Assembly (NCBI GenBank): GCA_000934665.2
Contig: KZ538400.1
Span: forward strand, 1 to 64,000
Source of the DNA: Catajapyx aquilonaris
Taxonomy: Eukaryota
DNA length: 64,000 bases
Direction: 5' to 3'
Shown: piece by piece, positions 25,617-36,497 of the stretch
How positions within the stretch are numbered: position 1 is the first letter of the stretch
How the letters are laid out: the number at the start of each line of letters is the position of its first letter
Translations under genes and position numbers: made by a program
The notes under the pieces: model-generated
What the model was told of the DNA's origin: nothing
The model's database searches: none
The model's input: the letters and a program-made list of their open reading frames with translations, nothing else

Positions 25617-26409
25617 CAGTCGAATCCCTCTATAACGAATCTGGATATAACGAAAATCCGCTTATAACGATAGAAAATTTGTGACCGTCAGAGGCCCCAT
25701 ATAAACCCATGTTAAAAATATCCGCTTTTAACAAAAGGATTTTCGGTTTCGGTTCGCATGTATCGAAAAATCTTCGCTCCTCCAGTCCCACCTCTCCGCC
25801 GAAAAAGGGTGGAAGTTGGCAAATTGGGCTATAAATCACCATCTGTGTGGTTGGGATTCAACCTTTTTTCACACATTCCCACCAAGAGTTGATAATTTGG
25901 GGTCCTAATGGAAGGGAATGGATTCTCTGGGAGGGGGGAGGGCTGTCATGCAGTGACTCACTGTCAGAGCTGCCCACTGGATTTACTGCTAGCACGTGGC
26001 CCCCCCAGGGAAGGAGGCAGGTGGTTAAAACCTGGGAAAATTCATAGGAAATTTGAGCAGCAAAACGAATCACATCTGGAAAGGAATTTCCGGACGTGGA
26101 CTGATCATATGCTGCCTAAATGGTGGGATGAGGGCGCCAGCGGAAAAGGAGAAGGGCCGCCTGGCCTGCATCTGGTGCAGTCCTCTGGTGTTTGCTGTAA
26201 CTTATTGTTATCGCGTTTGCGCCATGCTTTGCGAGATAATCTAATTTAGTGCAGAAATTTTTTTTAACTTTTTCCCGCTACCAGGGCTTCATATAACACC
26301 TAAATATCGAAAATAGTGAGGTTTAAATGCGGTTTTTTATATAGCGAAATTCGCATATAACGAAAGAAAATTTGGTTCCCTTCAATTTCGTTATAGAGGG
26401 ATTCGACTG
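25617..26409. mobile_element. pogo/Tigger-type MITE nested in a mariner remnant (~25150-26472)
   Basis: TA|CAGTCGAATCCCTCTATAACGAA...TTCGTTATAGAGGGATTCGACTG|TA; host peptide IKNNVY..LQHLRDRIATVTPDM..VW. Confidence 0.85.
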
Positions 26410-26556
26410 TATGTCTACAAGTATTTGAGTTATAGGATTTTAAAATCTGAGCATTCTTTTTCGATGACCCTGTATTTAAAAAATGAAGGGGGGAGTTGGT
26501 TGAATCGACTATTCCTGGCTACTCGACAACATTGAAAGCAAAAGTTAAAGGCATAC

Positions 26557-26655
26557 CCTGTCTGCACCACGCTGCCTTGATTTACGCTTAGAATCTGCTT
26601 CCTTCAGAGCTGCAAAAAATTCTTCTATAGTCGACTCAGTATAGCTGTCTGTGCT
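26557..26655 (-). CDS. Candidate TFIIA cassette exon D: STDSYTESTIEEFFAALKEADSKRKSRQRGADR
   Basis: 67-nt intron from exon C ending cttcctctccctccacag; 99 nt open in phase 0; donor AGG|gtatgc. Confidence 0.6.
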
Positions 26656-26722
26656 CTGTGGAGGGAGAGGAAGATGGTTCACTCAGTGTTTCAGTAATTG
26701 AAAGCAAATGTTACAGGCATAC

Positions 26723-26803
26723 CCTGCCAGCAGCACCCTGCAATGAAGCGTCTTCAGAAGCTACATCCTTCTCCATAGCAGCACCAGTCAAGATGTTCAT
26801 TCT
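26723..26803 (-). CDS. Candidate TFIIA cassette exon C: RMNILTGAAMEKDVASEDASLQGAAGR
   Basis: 58-nt intron from exon B ending ctcctcccgcag; 81 nt open in phase 0; donor AGG|gtatgc. Confidence 0.6.
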
Positions 26804-26861
26804 CTGCGGGAGGAGGTTCACTCAGTATTGCAGTAATTGAATGCAAAAATTAGTGACAAAC

Positions 26862-26942
26862 CTTGTCTGCATTACTCTGCCGTGACAACCATTTAGAGGC
26901 ACTATCCTCCTTCATAGCAGCACCATTCATGATGACTGTACT
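26862..26942 (-). CDS. Candidate TFIIA cassette exon B: STVIMNGAAMKEDSASKWLSRQSNADK
   Basis: ccctctcctcccccag acceptor, 81 nt open in phase 0, donor AAG|gtttgt. Confidence 0.6.
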
Positions 26943-27227
26943 CTGGGGGAGGAGAGGGTGATTTTTTGTTCAACTAGAATTATAGCAAATAAGTGCATAA
27001 GTTATGTTGAATCACAGTAACCATAGCACTGAAACAGGGCCAAGTTTTCCCTCCTTCCAAGGTTGCAATCATGATTGTTAAACTCATGCGGTGGTACCGT
27101 CCCCTATCAATGATACTGACTTCCAGTACTTAAAAAAATAAGGGGAGAGGTGGTTGAATTGACTATCCCTGACCACTCGACCCCACGTTCAGTGCTAGTG
27201 TTAGGCTGATTCGAGTATACTACATAC

Positions 27228-27311
27228 TGTGTTGATATCATACAGCAATGACAAGGTCTCTCCAACATATCCATCTTCCTGGGCAAAAGAACCATCCAGG
27301 AGGTTTGCACT
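27228..27311 (-). CDS. Candidate TFIIA cassette exon A: SANLLDGSFAQEDGYVGETLSLLYDINT
   Basis: Pyrimidine tract ctttctcctctttcctcag, 84 nt open in phase 0, donor gtatgt. Confidence 0.6.
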
Positions 27312-28466
27312 CTGAGGAAAGAGGAGAAAGTGGTTGTCCAAAAGAATGGGAGTACTTAACTACACTATTACAGTGAATTTACACATCCCTGATTTGGTGA
27401 AATTATAACTGCCATGACCATTTCCTGACAATTCTGCTGACCCCTTGGTGCTTCCACCTGGGCACCCCCATAGCTCTTTTTCCCTCTTTCTTGCCATCTG
27501 TCTTTCTTCTTCTCTTTTTTTTTTCTCTAGGCCCTTAAAATCATCACAGTGGCATCCAGATTCCCAGTCAACCACGGTTGTATGACAGGAGTACAATTCT
27601 GCTGTCCTAAGGAAAAGGGCCCCATCCACAAAACCGGGGACTTTACCAGTTTTGTAGAGAGGGCTCTTTTCCTTGAGTTGGCAGAATTGTGGCTATTGAC
27701 TTGGTCAAGTGACGCAGATGGATCTGCTGATTAATATGGAAAATACCAGGGTGGTGCATTGGTTAGCAACACAGCATTCCACCTCTGGGATCCTGAGTTC
27801 AATCCCTGGATCAGAGAGAGGATTTTCTCAGCTGTACAGTGTCTATGGGTTCTCTCCATGTTTGCAGGAGTTTTCTTGAGGTTCTCCCATTTCCTCCCAC
27901 TATCAAAATTGATCACAGCACAATGAATGAGTAAATGAAGGGAATTTAAAGGATGATCTCTAAAGGCCTCTTTCCACTAGCACTATTTTCGAGCACAAAA
28001 GCAATTTTTGATGGAAAGCACAAAAAGGGAGCCCAAAATGAAGACCAATTCTGGATTATTCCAAAGTAGAAAATGGTGTACTTTTCAGATATTGCATCTT
28101 GCACAAAATGGGAATCAAAGACGGCCAACTGTGCAAGGCCTTGAAACGGTGGAATTAACGGAAGTATTATGTGACAATGCAAGCACAATTGACAGTTAAA
28201 TTAAGCTAAACAATTTTCGGAAAGGGGTGCAGTTTAACCCCTTCACTACCAACTATATCCACCATCACCTAGAAGACTAGATCTTCGCTTACACGTACTA
28301 TGAAGATAAGGGCAATAATATATGCAAATACTGTAAATGAAGGAAAAAAAGTTACTGAAAACACTTGGGCGTAGAGATGCTTTCACAGCAAGAATAAGAG
28401 ACAACTTGGGCACAAAACAGACGTGAGAGTAGTTCAAACATAGAAGCATGATCATTATAGCTATAC

Positions 28467-28794
28467 CATATTTTTGTCGGTAGTGGCAGGTTGCATAAAT
28501 GCTTGATAGATGATCCCTCTCTCCCTGAGGGCTAAGTTGATCTGTTGCTGCAATGCAGCACCAGCCAATTCCACTGGAAGGGAAAAGGTGGCTGCCACTG
28601 ATGGATGGGTCAGAACAGCTTGAAGTTGGTTTCCCTGTAGAGCAATGGCTGGGACGTGAATTGTGAGGGCCTTGCTGGGGCGGTTAGTTCCTGGCTGTGC
28701 CGGAATTGTTATCTGAACTGGTATCATCCGGTTTGGATCTGTTATGGCCAGGGCAGGTGCAAGAGACTGGCTTGGGTTGGGCACATGCAGCTGC

Positions 28795-28841
<47 letters not shown>

Positions 28842-28909
28842 CTGTTGCTGCATACCTGGCTGGTGGGGCTGTTGAGAGGCCTGAAGCTGCTGCGATGCGT
28901 TAGTGTGCT
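28467..28909 (-). CDS. TfIIA-L: TFIIA large subunit exon 3 (polyQ linker and arthropod-type DPNRMIPVQITIP...LTIHVPA..LQGNQL..LQQQIN segment)
   Basis: tttttcag acceptor at 28910-11; phase 1 completes the Lys codon from exon 2; contains a Q20 tract; ends ...TTDKNM|gtatag (phase 0, weak donor). Confidence 0.85.
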
Positions 28910-29199
28910 CTGAAAAATGCAAGGAAACCTTTCAGTTTACATTGCAATGACACTTTAGCACGTATAATAAGACTTGAGGGTGAAGAAGGACTGAACATCT
29001 CGTTTATTGCGGGGTTGCTTTTATATACAAAAGGGGAGGACGCTAGTGTGCCCGTTCAAGGGCAACTGGACAAGGGCATATCCTTTTTCTGGCTTGAAAG
29101 TCTGAAAGGGTGCATCCTGGTTGCAAATTAACTTGTCCTTGTGGTCTAGACGGACTGGCTGGGAATCCGGATGAGAATCCGGATGCCACCACATTAATG

Positions 29200-31106
29200 C
29201 CCCCCTCTGGTGCTGGCTGCTCCTCAGTGAAGGCTTGCTTGAGGCGGTCGATGGAGATTCTCTTCTCTCCCACCGGCACTGTGAAATGCTTGTCGTTCCT
29301 CTCAAGGACAAGATATGGCCCGTCGTAGGGTGGCTGAAGGAGTCTGCGGGTGGCATCGTGTCTTACAAAGACATGTGAGGCTGCACGCTGTCCCGGATTG
29401 ATGAAACAGGGCATTGGCCAGTGTCTGGAGACCGGTTTTGGCCTGATGTGCCGGAAGAGTTCCCGAAGTTGGCTGGCGTGGGTAGGGGCTCCAACCTGCG
29501 ACGATGACGGCTCGAAGAACTCTCCGGGCAAGTGTAGTGTCGTGCAGTACGTAAGCTCGGCACTGCTGGCTTCAAGAGAAGGACCAGGGGCAGGATGTCG
29601 ACCCAATTCTCCCGGTTCAGCTGGGCTTGGAGGGATGCCTTCAGCTGACGATGAAATCTCTCCACCATGGAGTTGGCCTGCGGGTGGTACGCGCAGGTGC
29701 GCCTTCTCTCTATTCCAAACAGTCTGAGGAGTTGGTGATGGAGGTCCGACTCAAACTGAGTACCGCGGTCCGTGGTGATGCAATCGGGACATGCGAAACA
29801 GGCGATCCAAGTAACGACGAAGGCCCGTGCAACGGTCTCTGCCAAGCTGTCGGGAATCGGCACCGCCTCCGGCCAACACGTAAACCTGTCAACGAAGGTC
29901 AGCAGGTACTTGTTGCCATGTGATGATGGAAGGGGGCCCACGATGTCTAGGTGGATGTGGCGAAAGCGGTCATCGGAGGGGTGGGAAAGTGGAGAGAGGG
30001 GCAAGGGTGTGCCTGTGGATCTTAGCTTTTTGGCAGCTGGAGCAGGTACGGACCCATCTCTTGATATCCGCTTGCATGCGGGGGCAGATGTCCCGCTCCG
30101 AGATGAGCCGCTGGGAGGCGCGGATCCCGGGCTGAGCCAGGCTGTGCAGTTTGTCAAAGATGGGACGCCGGAAAGGAGGCCGGGGGTACAAAGGGGCAAT
30201 GACGACCTTGGGAGGTGTCACGTATGACGGACAGGCTGGAGACAGGAATAGGGAAGGCTTGGAACGTGCAGCTAGTGCCACCACGCAGCAAGGTCTGCAG
30301 CTCCTCGTCCATCTCCTGGGCCTGGGCGATGTCTGCATCAGTGATGGCATCCACTGTTGCCAACACGGGTCGGGACAGGGCATCAGCTAGGGTGTTGTCA
30401 GTGCCAGGGATAAAACGGAGGTCTGTTGTGAATTCTGATATGAAGGTGCTATGGCGGCATTGGCGGGGAGAGAGTTTGTCATTGTGGGTACGGAAAATAA
30501 AGGTTAAGGGTTTGTGGTTGGTGAGGATGTAGAATGGGCATCCTTCCAGCAGGTGTCGAAAATGTTTGATGGCAGAGTATATGGCCAGCAGCTCTCGGTC
30601 GAACGAACTGTACCGAGATTAGGACGGGGACAGCTTCTGTGTGAAAAATCCAAGCGGGAGCCACTCGGCTGCATGCAGCTGCTGCACAACGGCGCCAATG
30701 TGGACGTCGGAGGCGTCGGTCATCAACCTCGTGCGGGCATCGCCACATCGCTGCGGGGGTGTGTGAGGAGAGTAGCGTCGGCCAACATCTGTTTGATGTC
30801 TTGGAATGCGGAAGTTGCTTCGGGTGTCCACGTGAGCTTTGGAGAGGCGCTGTTTGCAAGGTTGTGTAAGGGGTGGAGGATTTTGGCAGCGGCGGGAAGG
30901 AACCGGTTGTAGAATTGAATCATGCCAAGGACACGTTTAAGCTGGGGTCTGGTGTAAGGTGGGGAAATGTTGTGGATGGCAGAGACTTTGCATGGGAGGG
31001 GGCAGATCCCTGCAGGGGAGATGGTATGTCCTAGGAACTGGAGCTCTTGTTGGCCAAAGATGCACGTGTCTGGGTTGATCTGGATATGGTGTTGACTGAC
31101 AACCAA
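29200..31106 (-). pseudogene. Gypsy pol remnant (RT C-terminus, RNase H, integrase), frameshifted; protease and RT core missing
   Basis: CIFGQQELQFLGH..LGMIQFYNRFLP; LMTDASD..GAV; HLDIVGPLP..ITTDRGTQF..ANSMVERFHRQLK; LQPPYDGPY, distributed over different frames. Confidence 0.92.
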
Positions 31107-31383
31107 AGTAACTCTTCTGACCCTCTTGAATTTTGAAAAAATTTGGATTATCTAATTCTGCTTGGCCTATGGTGTTGAGAAAACATCACCTCCGCTGCTA
31201 ATTTGTACATTATCAGGGTGAAAATAGAGCCAAAATGTGATGTTCCGAAGCTACAACACCTGCATCTGGTCACGAGTCGCTAGTCCCGGCTTCCCGGCCG
31301 TGGTCGCCTTTCACCGCGTCTGTAGCGCTCTCTGGTGCTGCGAAGGAGAAGGGTCATCTCGCACGCTTTGAAGTCGAAGGCGA

Positions 31384-32151
31384 TTATAATAAAGGAGAGC
31401 CTCCATTATTATAATCGCCTGCGACTTCAAAGCGTGCAAATGACCCTGGCGACTGCGAGGGCTGCGGGGCCAGTAACTGACTGCGAGAGGGCTGGGATGA
31501 GGCCTGTCGGTCAGTTTTGGGCTGTCGTCGGGGGTCATCTGTGGCTGGGCGGTGGGCCGACAGCCGACTGATTGCAGCGGTGAGCTCGGACACCTGCTGC
31601 TGGAGGTCCTGGATGGCGCAGGCTTGGTCCAGGGCAGAGATTGCCGCAACAGATGGGAAGGGTCGGGCAGCATCCATCAGCCTGTTGCCTGCCTCTGTCA
31701 GCTGTGCGGTCGACATGGAATCAGGAGAACCCGCCAATATGGTTCGGACCTGCTGTGGAAGTCGTCGTAGAAACAGCTGCCTGATGAGTGGGTTGTCTCC
31801 GGCAGGTTTCCCCAAGAGCTGCTCCATGTGTTGCAGCATCTGGGATGGGCGCTGATCTCTCATGCCCAGCTCCTGAAGTAGCTGCTGGAGGCAGTGGGAT
31901 TCTGTCGGAGTCGTCCGGCTGATGAGTGCAGCCTTGAGGGCCGTGTACTGGCCGGTCACGGGAGGGTTGATCAATACGTCCCGGACTTTTGTGGTGATCT
32001 CAGGGGCCAGACAGGCTGCCACATGGTGGAATTTGGTCTGCTCTGTAGTGATGGAACGGATAGTGAACTGGGCTGCAACTTGGGCGAACCACAAGTCGGG
32101 GTCCGCTGGCAAGAAAGGAGGCATCTTCAGTGCGATGGTGGCTTGCTCCAT
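31384..32151 (-). pseudogene. Gypsy gag, 3'-truncated
   Basis: KMPPFLPADPDLWFAQVAAQF..ITTEQTKFHHV..YTALKAALI..RPSQMLQHM..LFLRRLP. Confidence 0.9.
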
Positions 32152-32591
32152 GTTGCGGGGCGGCGTGAAGAAACGTCGGGGTCACCAGTCTAGCGCGTAT
32201 AATAAGACTCGAGGCTGAAGAAGGACTGAACATCTCATTTATTGCGGGGTTGCTTTTATATACAAAAGGGGAGGGCGCTAGTGCACCCGTTCAAGGGCAA
32301 CTGGACAAGGGCATATCCTTATTCTGGCTTAAAAGTCTGGAAGGGTGCATCCTGGTTGCGGATTAACTTGTCCTTGTGGTCTAGACGGACTGGCTGGAAA
32401 TCCGGGTGAGAATCCGGATGCCACCACAACACATTACATGTTCATTAGAGCATTTGATGGGGGAGGGGGGGGGGAGGGGAGGAGGAGGAGGAGGAGAAAT
32501 TACATGAGAGGATATTCCCAACTACACTTAATTAAAATATGAAAGCTGACACAACACCTATGTCGAGTAAGATAACATCCTGTATACTGTA

Positions 32592-33535
32592 CAGGGTGGG
32601 CGAAAAGTCCCAGGACACCTGGCTTTTTTTGCCTGCAAAACAAATCTGTGCATGGAAAATGTGTTGGGGATGATGGTGTGACATATTCTGGACACTGACG
32701 GAACTGTTTGATGAGGGGAGACGTCTGGGGACCCCCAACAACACCCACAGTAAGTTAACACTGTTAACAGTGCAAGATGGCAGATACGAGCGGGTTCACT
32801 GTGGAGGAGAGACTTGTGGCTACTGTGTGGGTCCACGGGAGGCCTCATACGGGAAAGAACATAACGCACATAATGCAGGGTATCAGGGCTCCTTTTGGTA
32901 AGGTGCCACCGAGAAGAAGTAACTTGAACAAGTGGGAGAAAAAAGCATTCAGCATGGGAAATGTGAAAGACACTTCCCTTGCTAAATGTTTTTTATGGGT
33001 GTTGTTGGGGGTCCTCAGATGTCTCCCCTCATCAAACAGTTCCGTCAGTGTCCAGAATATGTCACACCAGCATTTCCGACACATTTTCCACGCACAGATC
33101 TGTTTTGCAGGCAAAAAAAAGCCAGGTGTCCTGGGACTTTTCGCCCACCCTGTACTATACAGGGTGGACCAACTTCAAGTGTCGTTTTATAACGGCTATT
33201 AATAGAAGCGCTTTACGATTGACGTAGCAGCGATGCGTAAAATGGCCCACTTCGGCGCCATCGAGAATATTAGCTGTTTCGTTTGCAGGCTTCCCCCTTG
33301 CATTACAGGCCCATCTGGTGTGTTGGGCGTCACCCAGGCGCATCGCAGGTCATGTGTGCACCACCTTTTTTCCAGGTCAACCCAGCAGCAGGGTTGATTA
33401 CATGTGTGCTGCTATTGGCAGCTAATATTTTCGATGGCGCCGAAGTGGGACATTTTACACGTCGCTGCTACGTCATCGCAAAATCACTGCTATTAATCGC
33501 CGTTATAAAACGACACTTGAAGTTTGTCCACCCTG
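32592..33535. mobile_element. Two adjacent mariner-type MITEs (32592-33152, retaining a transposase 5' remnant; 33160-33535)
   Basis: TA|CAGGGTG..CACCCTG|TA ends on both; peptide MADTSGFTVEERLVATVWVH..FGKVPPRRSNLNKWEKKAFSMGNVKD. Confidence 0.88.
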
Positions 33536-36289
33536 TATTGCTCAAAATCATCTCTGTTTTTGAGCAATATAGTACAACATCTACTGTTAAAATCTCCACC
33601 CACAGCCTTATCTGAGTGTAATCTACTCTGGACATCTGACCACAATAACTGGGTGGGTGGGTGGGGGGGGGGGGGAATCAGACACCTGGCTAGACACAGT
33701 TATCAGGTGGAAGTTGTGCACCTTGGTCGGTTGGGTGGCGATTGGAGTAGAGGAGTGGTGGGGTAGTGGAGGGGTGTAGCAACATCACCGCCCCTTTGAG
33801 CGCCTCTAGCGGCCAAATGGTTTGTCAGAGAAAACCACCACATGGCTCATTCGACTCAGTTCATGAACCTCTACAGTCTACAACATATAGGCTATTAAAA
33901 TGAACCCAATAGGAGCCACCTGATATTCCGACTTTGAGCGCCTCTAGCGTAGATTTCCTTCAGCCTTCAGAACAATTGACCCTAAGGTCAAGGTGTATCA
34001 ACTGACTAAGTTTCATCGAAAGGTTCAACTTTTGCCATAAGGACCCAACCATATCCTTTAGTGTTTGCTTAAAATGGGTGCGTGGGGGGGGGGGCGACGA
34101 CATATCCGTAAATATCATTCCCTTTTCCCAATTTGCATTTTCAGTACGGTACAGGAAGTCCCTGGTGATCGGTACTTACGAACGGGCTGCCAAGGCTCCC
34201 TATATAAATAATTTATAATACCCCTCCACTCTCAATCACTTCTGCATAATATGCAGAAGTGATTGAGAGTGGAGGGGTAATTATGTTGACCAACACCATG
34301 TTCAACATAAATACTGTATAATTTAGAAAGAATTCCAAATCTGCTTCATTCCGCACCTGTAAACAAGTCCACATTCTGACTTAAACAGTTCGTTGGCACA
34401 GCATCTTTATGCTAGCAGCTATTATTTATATTACCGTGTGTGCAGTTTTCACCAGGGACCGAAGCAGGTTGTGTCACGAGTGACATTTGACCAGTGGCTT
34501 GTCCCTCGGACCGAGTGTGATATTTTTTGCTACCTGACCTTGCTAGGCCAGGAGGTGGCTTTTGGAGCCAACGGAGCAATTGTGCTCAGTGAACGCTGGA
34601 GCGGCTTGTGATAGCTTGTCTCTTTTTGGGGGCTCACCTGAGGACCTGTGATGGCAAATCTGCTAGGGATCCTCAGGTGAAGTTGGAAGTGGGTTGTACG
34701 TGGGAAAATTATACACGGGGCCTTTACACTCTTCTCATTGTGAGTGAGAGCACTTCCTTTTTACGTGGGAAAATTGTACACGTTCATTTACCCCCCCCCT
34801 TCCTAGTGTGGATGGGTTACTTCTCTTTATTTGAGAGAATTACGCTATGGAAGCTTCATCTTTTTTTGGGAATGTGTCATTCCTTCTGGTGGTGAAATTG
34901 CACCAACTCGAAGAAGCATTTGGTTTGATGCGTAGAGAATTGCGCATCTAAAGCATACTTCGAAGTTGCAACATCGTCCTTATCCTTTTGGTAAATTCGA
35001 CGTGTGGTTCCGGTTACGGGATCATCTATTCACCCAGGAGAATTGTACCTTGGTGTTCACCAGTGAGTGAGTGCTTAGTGTCATTTGTTAACTCCATTTG
35101 GCCCAGTGCAAATTGTGGCTTGGAGTTGGAAGCAAGTGATTGTGCTTCCGTACGCGAAGTGATTTTTCTTGGCTGGAGCCATGTAATATTGGATTCTCAT
35201 TGTGAGTATTTTGGTGTGATCATTCAGGCTTGTTCGAGTTGTAAGTCCATCCTTCCTAGCCGTCCATTTACCCTCCTGTTTTTTTGTGAACCTTAAGTTT
35301 TCTTTTGAAGGCAATGTTCCTCCTCTCGCCTGAATTGTTGTGGTGATAATAAAATTGTACTTTTCGTAATTAGCACTCTTAGTATGTTCTTCTCTGCTTG
35401 ACTTGTGAGGTCGATATTACCCTCCTGAAAATTGTCTTCGTGACAGGTTGGCATGATGGATAAGGCGTCTGACTGATAATTGGGAGGTCCTGGGTTCGAA
35501 TCCTGGGGCCGACGATCCTGACCGTGGTATCTGTGGTTTTCCACTGTCTTCCTAGGATAATTCCAGGGTCGCTTCCGTATAATAGGCCACAGCCGCTTCC
35601 TTCCTACCCTATCCTTGGAGGTTGATGAGGCAATGCCGGGTCAACCTCCCTAATATCAATTACAGTAAAACTTCTATAAGTCGAACTTCCCTAAGTCGAA
35701 GTTCTCTATAAGTCGAAGAAAATGATGAGCTTGGTTGGTCACAATGTAAAATAATAGGAAATAAACTTCCCTAACTCGAATTTCTATAGCTCGAAGTTCT
35801 CCATAACTCCATAAGTGCAGGCAGGGCCTTACGATGGGATATCAATGCATTTTCAGTCTCCCTAAGTCGAAGTTCATGTTGGCGAGTACAGAAAATTTTC
35901 TCATTTCCCAACTGAAGGGTCGGGAGTAGGCCACATGTACAGAAAGGCTCAATTTCCTCATCTCCGTCTACCAGATGTACCGAAAGAAGTGTTTGACTCG
36001 ATTGTGACAATTGAATCCTTGAATCTAAAACTGCCCAGCGTGCCCATGAGTTAAGACAACATGAGTACAACAATAAAATGTAATTATGCCCCTAATTGTA
36101 ATGTAGTTAAATACTAGGTAGACACTCATACAACCCCTAGCATATAGAGCCCTTGCTTGGTGGCACTTGTCTCTCCCCAGACCACCCCAGCTGTCATAAA
36201 GCACAGTCACAATAACATGTGCCGCATGCCTTTACAATCAGGTTTGACTATAGTAGTCCTACTTGCAAAGAGAAGAAAAGGAAACATAC

Positions 36290-36497
36290 TTGCAGAGGTG
36301 TGGTTTCCTTGGTGTCCCGGAACTTGAAGATGATCATGCTGATGATCAGCATTGGGTTCAATGGCTTTGCTGCTCACCAACTTTGTCTCCCAAATCTGCT
36401 TTAATTCTAGTAAGACTTGTTCATCAACCCCTTCATCCAAGAAGCACTCTCGGACACCATTCACCACATCTTCTATCACACTTCGATACATCTTTGG
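36290..36497 (-). CDS. TfIIA-L: TFIIA large subunit exon 2 (conserved region I helices)
   Basis: ttccag|PKMYRSVIEDVVNGVRECFLDEGVDEQVLLELKQIWETKLVSSKAIE...HTSA-A|gtatgt; phase 0 to 1. Confidence 0.95.

Larger units (their letters stand above)
28954..32428 (-). mobile_element. Decayed Ty3/Gypsy LTR retrotransposon, CsRn1-like, in TFIIA intron 2
   Basis: 240-nt LTRs at 28954-29193 and 32189-32428 (about 15 mismatches by eye); 4-bp TSD ACAC; PBS TGGTGACCCCGACG (32174-32187) complementary to the tRNA-Trp 3' end; polypurine tract AGAGGGGGGC beside the 3' LTR. Confidence 0.95.

Noticed and set aside
34400..35440. Possible decayed retroelement (Penelope/LINE-like) coding sequence
   Set aside because: Composition is suggestive but I could not identify a diagnostic motif; left unannotated.
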